Origin: an uncultured Planctomycetota bacterium
Lineage (GTDB): Bacteria; Planctomycetota; Planctomycetia; Gemmatales; Gemmataceae
Direction of reading: 5' to 3'
Assembly (NCBI GenBank): GCA_963849325.1
Contig: CAWKHF010000012.1
Coordinates: forward strand, 1-64,000
DNA: 64,000 nucleotides
Part shown: positions 8,424-20,710 of the stretch, one piece after another
How the letters are laid out: each line of letters begins with the position of its first letter
Numbering within the stretch: position 1 is the first letter of the stretch
The notes under the pieces: model-generated
Database searches by the model: none
Seen by the model: the letters and a program-made list of their open reading frames with translations, nothing else
What the model was told of the DNA's origin: nothing
Made by a program: the position numbers and the translations under genes

Positions 8424-10496
8424 ATGCGCGGAGCTTTCCTGACTCCGAACGCCACGACAAGACGAGTCCTTCGCCTCGCGCTGTTCCTGTTCGCCGTGGC
8501 GCTGGGGTTGGCTCTTGGCCCGATGGCCCGAGGACAGCGACTCCCTTTGCCGCCGCGCGAGCAAGCGGCCGTCGATCGTGCCATCGACGGCGGCGTCCAG
8601 TTCCTGAAGGCCACCACGCAGAAGAACGGAACCTGGGCACTCTTCGGAGCACGGCACGCGATCGGCTATGCGGCCCTGCCCGGCCTGACCCTGCTGGAGT
8701 GCGGCGTCCCTGCTGACGACCCGATCCTCCAGCAGACCGCCCGCTGTCTGCGCAGTCACACGGCGAAGCTCGACACGACCTACGAGCTGTCCCTGGCCAT
8801 CCTTTTCCTGGACCGTCTCGGCGATCCCCAGGATAGCAAGCTCATCCAGACCTTCGCCCTCCGGCTGATCGCCGGGCAGAGCGCGACCGGCGGCTGGGGC
8901 TACAAGTGCCCGGTCCCCAGCCCCAAGCTGGAAAACGACCTGCTGGCCGTGCTTCGGCACCTGAATCCGCCCCCGCTCGACAGGATTCCCGCCCTCGCGG
9001 CCCGACCGGGCGACATGCCCGCCATTGCGACACGACCAGGCGATAGGCCCGGCCTCACGGGGGGAATGGCTCGCAAACGCGGCGACCTCGGGCCGGTGGC
9101 GCAGGTCCAGAGCACTAATCCGATCGAAGGAACCTCCACGGTCGCGGCCAAGCCGCCGCTGTCGGGGACCGTCGCCGGCGTCAGCCCCGATGCCTCGCTC
9201 CATCCCGAGGCATCCCTCACCGGCAGCCCGAGCCTCCGGCGCGATGAGCCGAGAGGAAAGCTCGGCTCGCCCGAACTGTCCGAGAAGACGACGGACTCCA
9301 AACGTGCCGCCGAGATGCCGAGATTGACTGCTGGCGCACGTCCCCCGGACCTCGATCCGAAAGAAGCCCGACCCGGCGCCGCCAAACCCGCGGACGGTGA
9401 GCCAGAGAAGCCGTTTGTCATTCCCGAGCGTCTGCGCCGCTTGCCGGTGATTCAGGATCCCGCCGAACACATCCCAATCGATCCCGTGAAACGGTCGCGG
9501 GAATTGGTCGTGACCACGACCGATAACTCGAATACTCAATTCGCCATCCTGGCCCTGTGGACGGCTCAGCGTCACGGCGTACCGATGGAGCGCACGCTGA
9601 AACTAATCGTCCGTCGCTACCTGACGAGCCAAAACGGCGACGGCACCTGGGGCTATCATTATCGCTTCGGCGGCGGAGTCCCTTCCCGAGCGGCCATGAC
9701 TTGCATCGGCCTGATCGGGCTGGCCGTCGGGCATGGCCTGGCCAATCAAGAACCCGGAGGTAAGCCGGTGCGCGACCCGCGCATCCTCAACGGCCTGGCC
9801 GCCCTGAGCCGATTCATCGGCAATCCGGCCGGACAGCCGACCTATCTACCCATGGAGGACCTTTATTTTCTGTGGTCGGTCGAACGAGTGGCCGTGCTCT
9901 ACAACCTTCCGAAAATCGGCGACAAGGACTGGTATCGCTGGGGCGCCGAAATCCTCGTCGCCAATCAGGGCGTCCGGGGCAACTGGGCCAACGGCCTGTA
10001 TCCCGGCAATAGTCCGACCATCGACACCTGTCTGGCCCTGCTGTTTCTCAAGCGCGCCAACCTAGTCAAGGATCTGACCGCGAAACTACCCTTTAAGCCG
10101 GCCGACCTGAACGGCGATCTGATGCGGCAATTGGACCTGACGTCTCCGTCCGCTCCATCCCCGAAGCCGGCCGATTTGACCCGGACGATGATGCGACAGA
10201 TCACGCCGCCCCGAACGGCGCCTCTCCCGTCGAAGTCGCCCGAGTCAGTCAACGACACGGTAGCGACTCCAACCCCGGAGCCGGCCGTGCCGCCGGTGAG
10301 CGAGGGCGGCGGCAACAACAAGAAGTGGGCGGTCCTGTTCTTCGCCCTCTTCGTGATCCTGGCCGCTGGCAGCTTGTATTTCTTCCTGGCCGCGAGGGAT
10401 CGGAAGAAAAAGAAGGACGAGGGCTTCAAGCCGAAACGTCGCACGGTTCGGGGCAAACTCAAACCGATGGCATCCGATCCGGGCGCTCGAGAATGA
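8424..10496 (+). CDS. Prenyltransferase/squalene-cyclase-repeat-like exported protein with a C-terminal membrane anchor
   Basis: QW-like motifs (QKNGTW, GQSATGGWGY, SQNGDGTWGY), DNSNTQFAILALW, a signal peptide, and a C-terminal TM plus basic tail. Start codon uncertain (8376 or 8424). Confidence 0.75.
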   Translation: MRGAFLTPNATTRRVLRLALFLFAVALGLALGPMARGQRLPLPPREQAAVDRAIDGGVQFLKATTQKNGTWALFGARHAIGYAALPGLTLLECGVPADDPILQQTARCLRSHTAKLDTTYELSLAILFLDRLGDPQDSKLIQTFALRLIAGQSATGGWGYKCPVPSPKLENDLLAVLRHLNPPPLDRIPALAARPGDMPAIATRPGDRPGLTGGMARKRGDLGPVAQVQSTNPIEGTSTVAAKPPLSGTVAGVSPDASLHPEASLTGSPSLRRDEPRGKLGSPELSEKTTDSKRAAEMPRLTAGARPPDLDPKEARPGAAKPADGEPEKPFVIPERLRRLPVIQDPAEHIPIDPVKRSRELVVTTTDNSNTQFAILALWTAQRHGVPMERTLKLIVRRYLTSQNGDGTWGYHYRFGGGVPSRAAMTCIGLIGLAVGHGLANQEPGGKPVRDPRILNGLAALSRFIGNPAGQPTYLPMEDLYFLWSVERVAVLYNLPKIGDKDWYRWGAEILVANQGVRGNWANGLYPGNSPTIDTCLALLFLKRANLVKDLTAKLPFKPADLNGDLMRQLDLTSPSAPSPKPADLTRTMMRQITPPRTAPLPSKSPESVNDTVATPTPEPAVPPVSEGGGNNKKWAVLFFALFVILAAGSLYFFLAARDRKKKKDEGFKPKRRTVRGKLKPMASDPGARE

Positions 10497-10509
10497 TCCA
10501 GACGCGGCA

Positions 10510-13500
10510 CTACCGGCCTGGTCCGTTCTTGCGCCTCTCCTTGATTCGGTCCTCCAGCACGCGAACCTGACTGCGGACGTCGCCGAAGCGTGGCGGCCAC
10601 TGCCGGGAGCTGACCTTGCGGAGAGTCTGCGTCGCCTGCTCCCACTGGCGCAGGTGGACGCGGGCGGCGGCCAGCTTCAAGAGTCCGGTCGGCTCCAGGG
10701 TGCGGATGCGAGCCACCTGTTCCCACTGCGTGGCGGCTTCGGACCAACGATCCTGCGATTGGCGAACCTCGGCCAGCAAGGCGTGACTCTCCGACTCGCT
10801 GGGCAGTACCTCCACGATGGACGTGTAAGCGCGTTCCGCCTCCTTCGGTTGGTCTTTCAGCCGGCGGCCGAGATCCTGATAGAGCTGGATGTTGCGCCGC
10901 GACGTTTCCGCCGCGTCGAGCAGGGCGAGGATGGCTTTTTGCTTCTCGCCCTGCTTGTCGAAGCAATCGATCAGCAGTCGATGCGTCTCCAGGTCATTGG
11001 GCTGAAGAGTGATGGCCTGTTGTAGCTGGGGAATCGCCTTGGCGGGTGCCCCCTTCTCCAGGTACACCTGGCCGAGCGCCTTGCGAATGACGGCGCTGTC
11101 GAGTCCGTCGGCGGCCACGCGAGCTTCCCGGGCAGCGACATAGCCGTCGAGATCGGCCGCCTCGCGCAGCACCTGCCGTAGCGTGTCGAGCGCCTGCGCC
11201 CGGTTGCGGTGCGACGGTCCCCAGCTGACGATGGCGCCGCCGGCGGCGTCCACGGCCTCGCCCGTTTTCCCCAGGCCGGCGAAGGCGCGGGCCAGCTGGG
11301 CGTAATACAGTGACAGCGTGCCGTTGCCGATGCCGCGCCGCGGCTGGCTCCGCTGGTGCAACGGAATCACCTCGTTGTAATAGGCGACCGACTGGGCATA
11401 GAGATGGTTGTCCAGGCAGCTCGAGGCCAGGGCGGCGAGGATGTGCTCCTGCCAGCGGTCCTTTTCGTGGAAGAACGCATCCGTCTCTTTGAGGAACGCC
11501 AGCAGGTCCGCCGAACGGTTCGTGTGGTAGTAGGCGCTCAGCAGCCGGACGCGATCCGACGGCATCGTCGGCCGCTTTTTCACCAGCGCCAGCAAGAGAG
11601 GGATCGATTCCGCATAGCGGTTCTGGGCTTGCAGGTAATTCACCAGGCGGGACTGCCCGTCCTCGTCGAGCACCTGGAGCTTGTGGGCCGCGACGAGAAT
11701 GTCGATGGCGCGGCTGGTTCGGTCCAGCCCCTGGTAGAAGTAGTCGGCGATGTACTTGACGGCCTCGCCGGAGCGCGGGTGCCGGGCCAGCACTTCCTCG
11801 GCGACGCGGGCGAAGTCGGCATCCTTCGCCGCCCAGAAGTGTCCGTAGTGGCGGTGATAGAGGACGCGGTTGCGCATCTGCCGGGACTCCAGGTCGCGGC
11901 GCAGCTCGGCCAGAACGAGGCGCAAAAGAGGTTTTTCCAGATCGCCGATGCCCTTGGCCTCTTCCTTCCATTGGGCGATCGTCCAGCGAGAATTGGCCCC
12001 AGCCGTCCTGGTTGCTGAAGCGGAGCCAGGCTGGTTCCTGCTCGATCCGCGCCAGCAGGAATTCGATGGCGTCGCGTGGGCCAAGCAGGTTATGCACCGT
12101 CTGGGCGATGTTGTTGACGATGCTCTGGTAGTTGTTGTCCGTCTGCCGCTTGAGGACATCGGGCAATTGCTTGAACGCGAAGGCCCGCAGGTCGTCCGAG
12201 ACGCCGGCCAGTTTCTTGGCGTGCGCGGTGGTGTAGATCGAACACATCTGGTTGAGGAGCTGCGCGTCGATGTTCCTGATCCGGGGTGGCGAGTTCCGCG
12301 CGCAGTTTGCGGTCGAGGGACTGATAGAGCCGCAAACCGCTGCCCAGGGACACCTCGCCGTCCGCGGACAGGGCGTTGTGGTAGAGCTGGTACAGCCGGC
12401 TTGTCAGCCAGTAACGCTGACGTTCGTGGATGGGGCGGCCCATTTGCTCGAACAGGATTTTTTCGCCGCGGTCGAAGTGGCGCGCGCCTTCGAGGAAGCG
12501 GACCAGCGTGTCGAGAGCATTGTTGGCCGACGTGGGCAGAACGCCGCCGGTGGCGTCCTGGCGTTCGACCAGCGCCGCCTGCAAGACGGCGATGGCCGGC
12601 TCGACGCGCTGGTGGACGTGCAGGGTCTCGGCGTAGCGAAGGGCGATGTGCAGCCGGTCGAAGGTGCCTTTCGCCTGCCGGCGATACAGGATCTCCAGCT
12701 GACGGAGCTGTTCTTGGGCCAGCGGTTCTTGCCGGACGGCGCCGAGTCCGGCGAGGAAGTCGGCCATCAGACCGCGGCTCGCCGGGCGACCATTCGCCCT
12801 TGAACGCTCGTTGCAAGGCGGCCAGCGCCGCCTCGGCGTGCGGGCCGGGCTGATTCTTCAACTCCGTGGCCCGCCGCTCCACCAGGCATTCGAGCAGATG
12901 AAGGGCACGGCGATCGACGCGAGTTGGACCGCGCTGGCGCACCTTGACCAGGTACGCGCCCAATTCATCGACGGTGGCCTCGTCGCCGACCTCGCCGAGC
13001 AGCGCTTGCATGCCGGTCAGGAAGGGATAAACGTTCTCCGCCGTGTGGCCGACGACGGCGTCGGCGAGGCCGGTCAGCAGGCGGAAGTCGTGCGTCGCCT
13101 GGTAGAACTGCTGGAGCAAATTCAGGTGCTGCTGAGGCGAACTCGCTTTTTCCAGCAGCGCCGCGAACATCAGCAGCACATCCTGCGTCACCTCGGGGAT
13201 CGCCTGACCGTCGCCGCGCCGGCGCTGGTTGAAGTCGAGCCGCTAGCGACTGGTGGATCTGCCATTCGTTCATGGTCCGATACATCGCCAGGCGCGCTCG
13301 CTCGAACGGCTCGCGGCGGTTGACGGCGAGATACCAGTCGGACAGCGTGCGGTAGGCTGTTGGTCCCAGCTCGTCCTCGGCCTCAATCGCTTCCAGCAGT
13401 TCGATCGCTTCGGGGATGCGTCCCTGCTCGGCCAGCACGAAGCCGAGCGCCAGACGCCAGCGGTTGTCCGCGTCGTCGGCGCGGACCCAATTCCGAAGCG

Positions 13501-16500
13501 CCTTTTCCAGCTCTTTCGGGCGGTCTCGCGCGATCAGCAGCGCATATTGGAGACGCTTCCAGTACACCTCCTCGCCCTCCCGCGCGATGCCGCGGTCGAG
13601 GTATTGCTGCAATCGCGTGGTGAGGGCGGCGTCGGCGTCCTTGCGGCCGGCCAGGTACATCAGCGTCATCAGGTAGCGCTCGCGCAGAGACGTCGTCGAG
13701 CGGACGGACGCTCTCCGGCTCCGCCGCGGCGGCCTTCTTCTTCGTCGGTTCGGCGTCGAGGTGCTTCCAGCACTCGGCCGCCACGTCGCGCAGGTCCCGA
13801 TCGAAGAGCGTGAGCAAGTAGAGCCTTTCAACCTTCAGCCAGGGGGCCAGAGGGCCGCGCTCCTTCGCGGCGGCCGCCCGCAGACGTTCGGCGAAGCCGG
13901 CACGGGCCTGTCGCAGGATTTCATCCTGCTTCTTTTTCAACTCGACGCGCGTGAGCTTCTCCGGGTGCTCCACCGTTTTCATCTTCGCCGCCCGGCGAGC
14001 CTCAATCATGCGATCCGTCAGCCGATACAGGGCGGCCACCCGCGCCCGCAAGCGCCGGCCCTCGTCCTCGGTCTCGGAGAGCTTGCCGAGCAGGGTGAAC
14101 GCCTCGTCCTCGTACTCCGCGCTCCACGGCTGGGTCAGCAGCGTCTCGAACAGTTCGCCGGCGTAGCCGCTACGATACGACTTCGGCCCCTTCCGCCACT
14201 GCGTATGCAGGAAGGCGAGCAACGCGGGCGGATCGTTTTGGCGGCTGAGCACTTGCACCACCAACCGTCCGAGTTGGTGCTTCTTCTCCACGTCGGCCTC
14301 GGCGGACCAGTGCCGCAGCAGACCGGCGCCGATTGACTTCCACTCGGACGCCTCAGCCGTGGAAACCCACTGGAGGTAGGATTCCATCCGGGCAGGCGAC
14401 ATTTTCTCGCTGCCGGTCCTCATCTCGTCCAGCAGCGCCTTGCGGACACGTCGGACCTCATCGGTCTGCTGGAACTGCCAGCCCGACAGGATCATGTTGG
14501 CAAGTGACAATCGATCGTCATTGTGGACGAAGGACAGGGCCGCGTCGCCCAGCGGCGACAACCAGCGCGGCTCGATGCGGCCGGTGTACAGATTGTGACC
14601 CTGGCCGAGCGCCTGCTGGATGGCCGCCTGCACGCGGGCGATGACGGCGGGTGACAGTTCGCCGGCCGCCTGTCCTTCGCGCAGCCAGCGAGCCATGAGG
14701 GCGTTGGCCCGGTCCATCTGGTCCGTGCGAATCAAGGCGCTGAGGTATTGCGAGTACGGCGACGAACTCTCGGGGTTCTCTTTCACCCAGCCGCTCAAGT
14801 AATCGACCAACTCGGCGTAACGCCCCTGTCCTTCGAGGAGTTGGGCCTCGGTGTAGCGCAGCGATTCCACCTCATGAGGCAACCAGCGAGCCTTGTCGTT
14901 GAGGACGGCCTTCAACCAGGCGTGGGCGGCGGCATGGTCGCCGGCGTTCGCCAATGCCTGCGCGTATTGTTGCTGCAAGGAATAATCGTGCGGCCACTCG
15001 ACGGCCAGTTGCTTCTGCACGCGCAGCGCTTCGTCCGTCTGTCCGGCCTGATGCAAGGCGTTCAGCCGCGCCTGCGTCCAGCGCTTCATTGCTTGCCGAT
15101 GGGCCGGCTGGCGGACGTAGATCGGCTGGAGTCGATCGAGCAGGGCGCAGCATTTCGTTGGCCTCGCAAACCTGCCCCGCCTGGCTGACGACGTGTTCCG
15201 CCAGCACCAGGTCATCGGAGCCGGCCGGGTCGGAAGGCTTCGCCTTCGCCAACCCCTCCGCCTCATCGAGGAGCCGCTTGCGCAGCTCCTCGTGACGGCG
15301 CTGCACCTGCAAGAAAGCATAGCGCAGCCAGCGCAGGCCGGGCTTACCCGAGGCTAACTCCTCACACTTCCGCAAGTGCTGACCAGCCCGCGTCCATTGC
15401 TGGCGGCCGGCGAAATAGCGCAGGAGGGTGAAATGGTCGTCGAACGACGCCTTGCCGGCGGCGAGGGCGCGCTTCGCCTCGGCGATGGTTTTCGCCGGTT
15501 GATGGAGGAACTGCACGGCGTCCTTACCGATCCGTTCACTCTTCATTTGCTTGCTCAGCGCCTCAGCATCGAGCGGCTTGATAGTCCGCGTCAACCGCGA
15601 CGTGACGTGCCCCTGCTCGTCGGTCGTCTCGATGCGGCGCGCCCACCAGCAGCCGGCCACCTCGACAAAATCCTCGAAACGGGTCAGCCCCGTCCGCTTG
15701 CCGTTCTGGCGTTGCTCGATGCTCAGGATGACATGCCGGGTGGTGTCGATGAGCACGCGCGTCTGATCCGCAGCGTTGGATGGGTGCTTCAGCACGAGAA
15801 GCGTTCGGCCATCTGTTTGCCGTTCGAGCACGGGGATATGGGAGGGATAGTTTTGATCGAGCGGCGACAGGGAATGGTCGCGCAGATCGAGGGGGACCGA
15901 TTGCACATCGCCGGGCGCGGCGGCGCGGACGCGGCCGAGCTGGAAGGGGCGCGAGAGGACGCCGCGCTCCTTGCCGTCGCACCAGTTGAGCAAGGTCGGC
16001 TGTCCGTCTCCCTCGGCGCGGGTCAGCCAGGCTCCCGCGGACAGCAGGGCCTGCTGGCGCGACCGCGACGAGAGTTCGGCCCAGCGAACGTCGAACGATT
16101 CCTCCTGCTGCTCGATCTCGATGCCTCCTTGCAGCTTGGCGAGTTTCTCGCTGCGCAGCAGACTCCGGGCCAGCGCTCGCGCCTCGGCCGGCCAGGTCGA
16201 GCGCGGAGTCTTCGTCTTGCCGGGCGCCGGTGGCAGATTGGGGAACAGCGCGGCCAGCCATTGCGATTGCTGGAGATACCAGGTCGGCGATCCCCACTGG
16301 CTCTTCGGCATTTTCAGTTCCTGTCCCAGCACCCATCCCCTTGGCTCCGGTCCAGATGCTGCAAAGAAGCCCAGCATGTCGGCGGGCCTGTTCCCGAAGG
16401 GTTCTCCTACCCTCTTCCTTCTCAGGGTGGTCTCTTCCAAGCCGGCCTCCTTCTGCTCCGCCCCAAGCTCCAGCGGTTCGGTATGGTCCATAACCTGGAG

Positions 16501-19500
16501 AGAGTCTTGCAATTTCTTCGCGTCCTCGCCTCTTCCACCCTCGTCCTGGAACTCGGCCGCGTCGGGCGCCGTCAGTGCGGGTCCGCCGAAATCGGCCTGC
16601 GCATCGCCGAGTTCGGCCCTCTCCATCTCAAACGCATCCGCGCCATCGATCGACATCATGCTGCCCGGCTTAGCGCTCGGGGCACCGCCTACGCCACCGG
16701 AGATAGAGAGGCGGCCCAACCTCTCGGCCAAACGGCCCCGCGAATAGGACGGATGGGTCTCGTCCTGAAGCCAGCGCGGATCCCGGCCGAGCAGCGGCCA
16801 GTTGCCGCATTACCTGGCGATACATGCCCAGACGCCAGTCGCCGGCGCGTTTCATCTGCTGCTGCTTCAGCTCGTAGTTGGCGTTGTCGCGGCCCTGGGC
16901 GAAGAACTTCTCGCCGTCGCGCATGCGGAACGTGCGCTTGACCGCGAAGCGCTCGCGGTCGGCGTCGCTCTCCAGCACCAGCAGCGACGTGTACGGCGTG
17001 ATGATCTGATACTCTTCGGACAGGGCGATGATCTCATCGTGGATGGACGACGAGGCGCCCTGTTCGAGCAGATGATCGAGGTGCATCCGCGCCCACAAAC
17101 GCGGGATGAACGAGTTGCCGTGCTCGGCGTCCTTGAGGGGGACCGAGCCGGCTGAAGCGCACCGGCTTGTCGCCGCGCGTGCCGGTGACGATCACTTCGC
17201 CGACCTGGTCGCGGCCTTCCGGCAGATAGCGGCCCAGAAGGATTTGCTGCGATCCGGCCGGCAGGTTCGGCAGTTCCTCCGGGTAGACGCTGGCGGTGCG
17301 CAGACCGCGGAACTCCACTTTCAGATCGCGCAGGGTCGGCTGCGTGATCTCGCCGAGCAATTCGAGGGCGACCGCCGAGGGCGCCTGCTCGCCGCCGGCG
17401 TGGCGAACCGAGCCGCCGCCCAGCGCCGCGATGCTCTTGAGGACGCCGGACTCGTAACTGCTGCCGGGGCTGACCGCGTGGAACGTGCCGATCTTGCCCG
17501 CGCTCCTCGTACAGCCGGCGCAGACGTTTCGTGAACGCCACCGCGTCGGCGTCGCCGGTCGTGACGATGCCGTCGCCAACGTAGACGACGTGCGTGTTCG
17601 GCTCGCACTGCTTGAGCACCGAGGCAAACGCCTTGTCGAGATCAGTCCAGCCAAGGGAGGTTCGTCGAGCCAGGAATTGCCGCATCGCCGTCACGTTGAC
17701 GGAGGTGGCGGCCAACGCTTTCTCGAACACCCAGTCGCATTCCACGTCGCAGGCGGCGAGGTTGACCGTGTCCTTCGACGTCAGGCCGTTCAGCAGCGCG
17801 GCCACGAAGTTCGCCTGCACGGCACGCTGGCGCGTGTCCATCGACGCCGACGTGTCGGCGAGGATCAGGAGGCTGCAGCGGCTTCGCCGTCGGGCAGGAT
17901 GTCGCGGTCTTCGTCGCCACCGCCCGGCGGCGTCAATTGCAGCATGAAATAGCCGTCGTCGCCGCGGCGGTGCGGGATGAGCACGACATCCGCCTGCTTG
18001 CCGTCCGGCTCGATAACGACCTCGAAGTCGCGCGTCGGGCTGTACTCCTGGGCACTGAACTCGACGTGGGCCGAGTGCGCCGTGCGTTCCAGCCGCGTCG
18101 GATGCGTCGGACACGTCACGTTCTTGAGTGGGGCAGCGGAGTGGACCTTCACGTCGATGGCCAGCTCGCGCAGCGGGATGCAGCTGGAGCAATTCACTTT
18201 GCAGAGCGTAGTTGTAGCGGTAGCGACCGCCCTTGAACGGCAGGACTTGCGTGTAGGTGATCCGGATGCGCTTCTCGGAGTGGGCGAAGATCGGATAGAC
18301 GCGGGCCTTGAAGATGTTGCCGCCCGTCCATTCGAGCAAGCCCGGATCGCGCTTCTCCTGCAGGATGGTCTCGTAAATCTCGCGGGCGCGCTGCTTCTCG
18401 ACGATGTCGGCCTCGACCAGTTTGTCGCCGATCCACATGCCGAAGCCGGCAATCGACGCGCCGGGCGGCAGCGGGAAGTGAAACACGCCTTCCAGTACGC
18501 CGTCGGTGCGGTTGACGAACGATTCCTCGATGACGGTGCGGGCGATCTGGTCGCGGATGTCCACCGTGACCTTGTGCTGGCCGACCGTCAGCGGCACGTT
18601 GCGGCCGTCCACACGAGCGACCAGCGAGCCGATCGATTCCTCGTTCGTCTTGCCCTTGAACGCCCGTAGCCAGCGCGGCTCTCGCCGGACCTTGACGAGC
18701 TGCTCCCCGTCGAGTCGATAGCGCTGCGTGCCCTTGACGGCGATCTTCTGCTTCTCCGGGCCGAGCAGCTCCAGGGTGGCGTCGGCGGGGACCGTGATTT
18801 CCAGCTCGCCTTCGTGCAGGCGGATTCGATCGGGCCGGATCACCTCGACGAGGGTGCCGGGGCCGAGGAGGACGCGCGTGCGCTTGACGAGGCGCAGGTC
18901 GGCGGCGTTGGCGCCGCGAACGTCGGTGCGCAGCCAGTCGCCGGGCTTGACGAGAAGGTGCGTGCTCACCGGCGTCCAGCGCCGGCGCATCACCGGCTTG
19001 ACGGTGACGACGCCTTGCACGTCCGTCACCTTGCCGACTCGGCCGTCCTCGGTGAGCGTGTCGCGGACGACGAATTTCTCTTCGGGGATCTGCCTCGTTG
19101 TAGGCCAGCACGCGCAGCTCGGCGAGCGGCCGCGCACCGTCCTTGCCTTGCTCCTTCGCCTGCATCGAGTGCAACAGATGCGTCCGACGGTTGACCAGCG
19201 CCTCGATTTCGATGGGGCCTTCCCGCGCCGGCACTTCGAGATGGTAGACCAGGCAATCGAGTCCGTCGCGCTGGGTCTCGCCGACCGGCCGGCTGTCGGC
19301 AAGACTGGGTCCGTCCGGCTTGGCAGGCAGCTCCAGCAGAGCGAGGAGGTCGAGTTCGGAGCGGTCGCCGTCGCGGTGGTAGGGCGATTGGCCCGAGGTC
19401 GCTCGGTTGGCTCGCTCGTCGATGCGCCAGAGCTTGCCGTCGGAAGCGATCTGGTAGGTGCCGTCGGGGTTGTCGCGGCGCAGACGGCCAGGGGTCTCAG

Positions 19501-19864
19501 CCCAGAACTCGAAGGTCTTGCCCTCGCGGACAAGTTGGCCGTGGAGACTGCGGGCGTGGGCCGTCTCCTCCAGCACCCGGGCGAAAGCCGGGTTGGCGTC
19601 GCGGACGGCGAGCCACCAGGACAGACCAATGCCGGCGAGCAGGACGGCGGCCGCGGCGGCAGCCAGAATGCGCACGATGCGAGCGGTCATCCGACGACTC
19701 CTTTGACGGAGAAGGCGTGGTTGCGAAGAAGCCTGAAACACCTCGGTCGAGTGTTCGCGCAAGCGCGCGAGAAAGTCGCGGTCGGGCGGGGCGATGTCGC
19801 GCGCCGCGGCCGACAGGAATGCCTCGATCTGTTCCTCGTCGCGGTCATCGTCCGGCGGAGTCAT
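10510..19864 (-). CDS. Giant (~3,100 aa) anti-sigma-like TM / LolA-like / FecR-like / VIT / vWA / TPR protein, broken by many frame breaks
   Basis: Segments of ORFs 18194, 16867, 17865, 17034, 16670, 14872, 13383, 12965, 10510, 12090 and 10994 are continuous. VIT: HKVTVDIRDQIARTVIEESFVN...GVFHFPLP. vWA MIDAS: LILADTSASMD. TPR C-terminus. The start overlaps the sigma stop (ATGA). Confidence 0.75.
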
Positions 19865-20471
19865 GATGGTCCCTTGTCGGCGGCGAAGACGGAATGGCGC
19901 AGCAGCATTTGCCGGAACATCTGCCGCGCCCGAGCCAGCCGCGAGCGCACGGCCGTTACCGTGCTGTGCTGCTGGCTGGCGATGCGTTCCACCGATTCGC
20001 CGTCGAGATACTTGGCGGTCAGCACGGCCTCGTACTCCTGGGGCATCTCGGTCAGCGTGGCGCGGACGAGGGTGGCCAGTTCGGCAGCGGCCAGGACCTC
20101 CGGCGGCGCGACGCTCTGCCCCTGGAGACAGCGGAACGCCTCGCCGTTGCTGGCCACCAACCAGTTCCCGGCCGAGCGGACGCGATCGTGGCGTTTCTCC
20201 TTGCGATAGTGCAGGGCGACGTGACGGCGAGCGATGCCCCACAGCCACAGCCACAGTCGGCCGCGCGCGGGTCGTAGCCGCGTGCGGAACGCGCGGCGGC
20301 CAGGAACGTCTCCTGCACCACGTCGGCTACGTCGGCGGAGTCGGCGCCCAGAAGGCGCGCGACGGCACTCCAGACGCGCTCGGCATAGGCGTCGTACAGC
20401 GCGCGCCAGGCATCGGGCCGGCCTTCCCCCAGGCCGCGCGCGATCTCTCGCTCTTGTTGCTCATCCATCAC
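19861..20471 (-). CDS. ECF RNA polymerase sigma-70 factor; one or more frame breaks around 20160-20270
   Basis: AWRALYDAYAERVW...ADVVQETFLAA (region 2) and LTAKYLDGESVERIA...AVRSRLARARQ (region 4). Confidence 0.85.
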
Positions 20472-20710
20472 GGATGGGTCCGCCGCGGTGCGTCATCGAG
20501 GAACTTCCTTGAGATCGATCGCCGGCCGTCCCGGTCGTGGGGCGTGGACGTTCGCGGCGACTAGAATAAGATTTGCGCATCGCGGGGGAAATGTATCGCG
20601 CCGCTTCCAAAAAAGCGAACCGCTGCCGACTGCCGGCAAAGCTGTTTCTATCCCGAGGACTGCTCCGCGGTAACTCTTCGGATCGATCTCCGCGTCCAAG
20701 GTATCTGCCC

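Noticed and set aside
10270-10420. PEP-CTERM sorting signal
   Set aside because: PEP is separated from the TM helix by about 14 residues, unlike the canonical motif.
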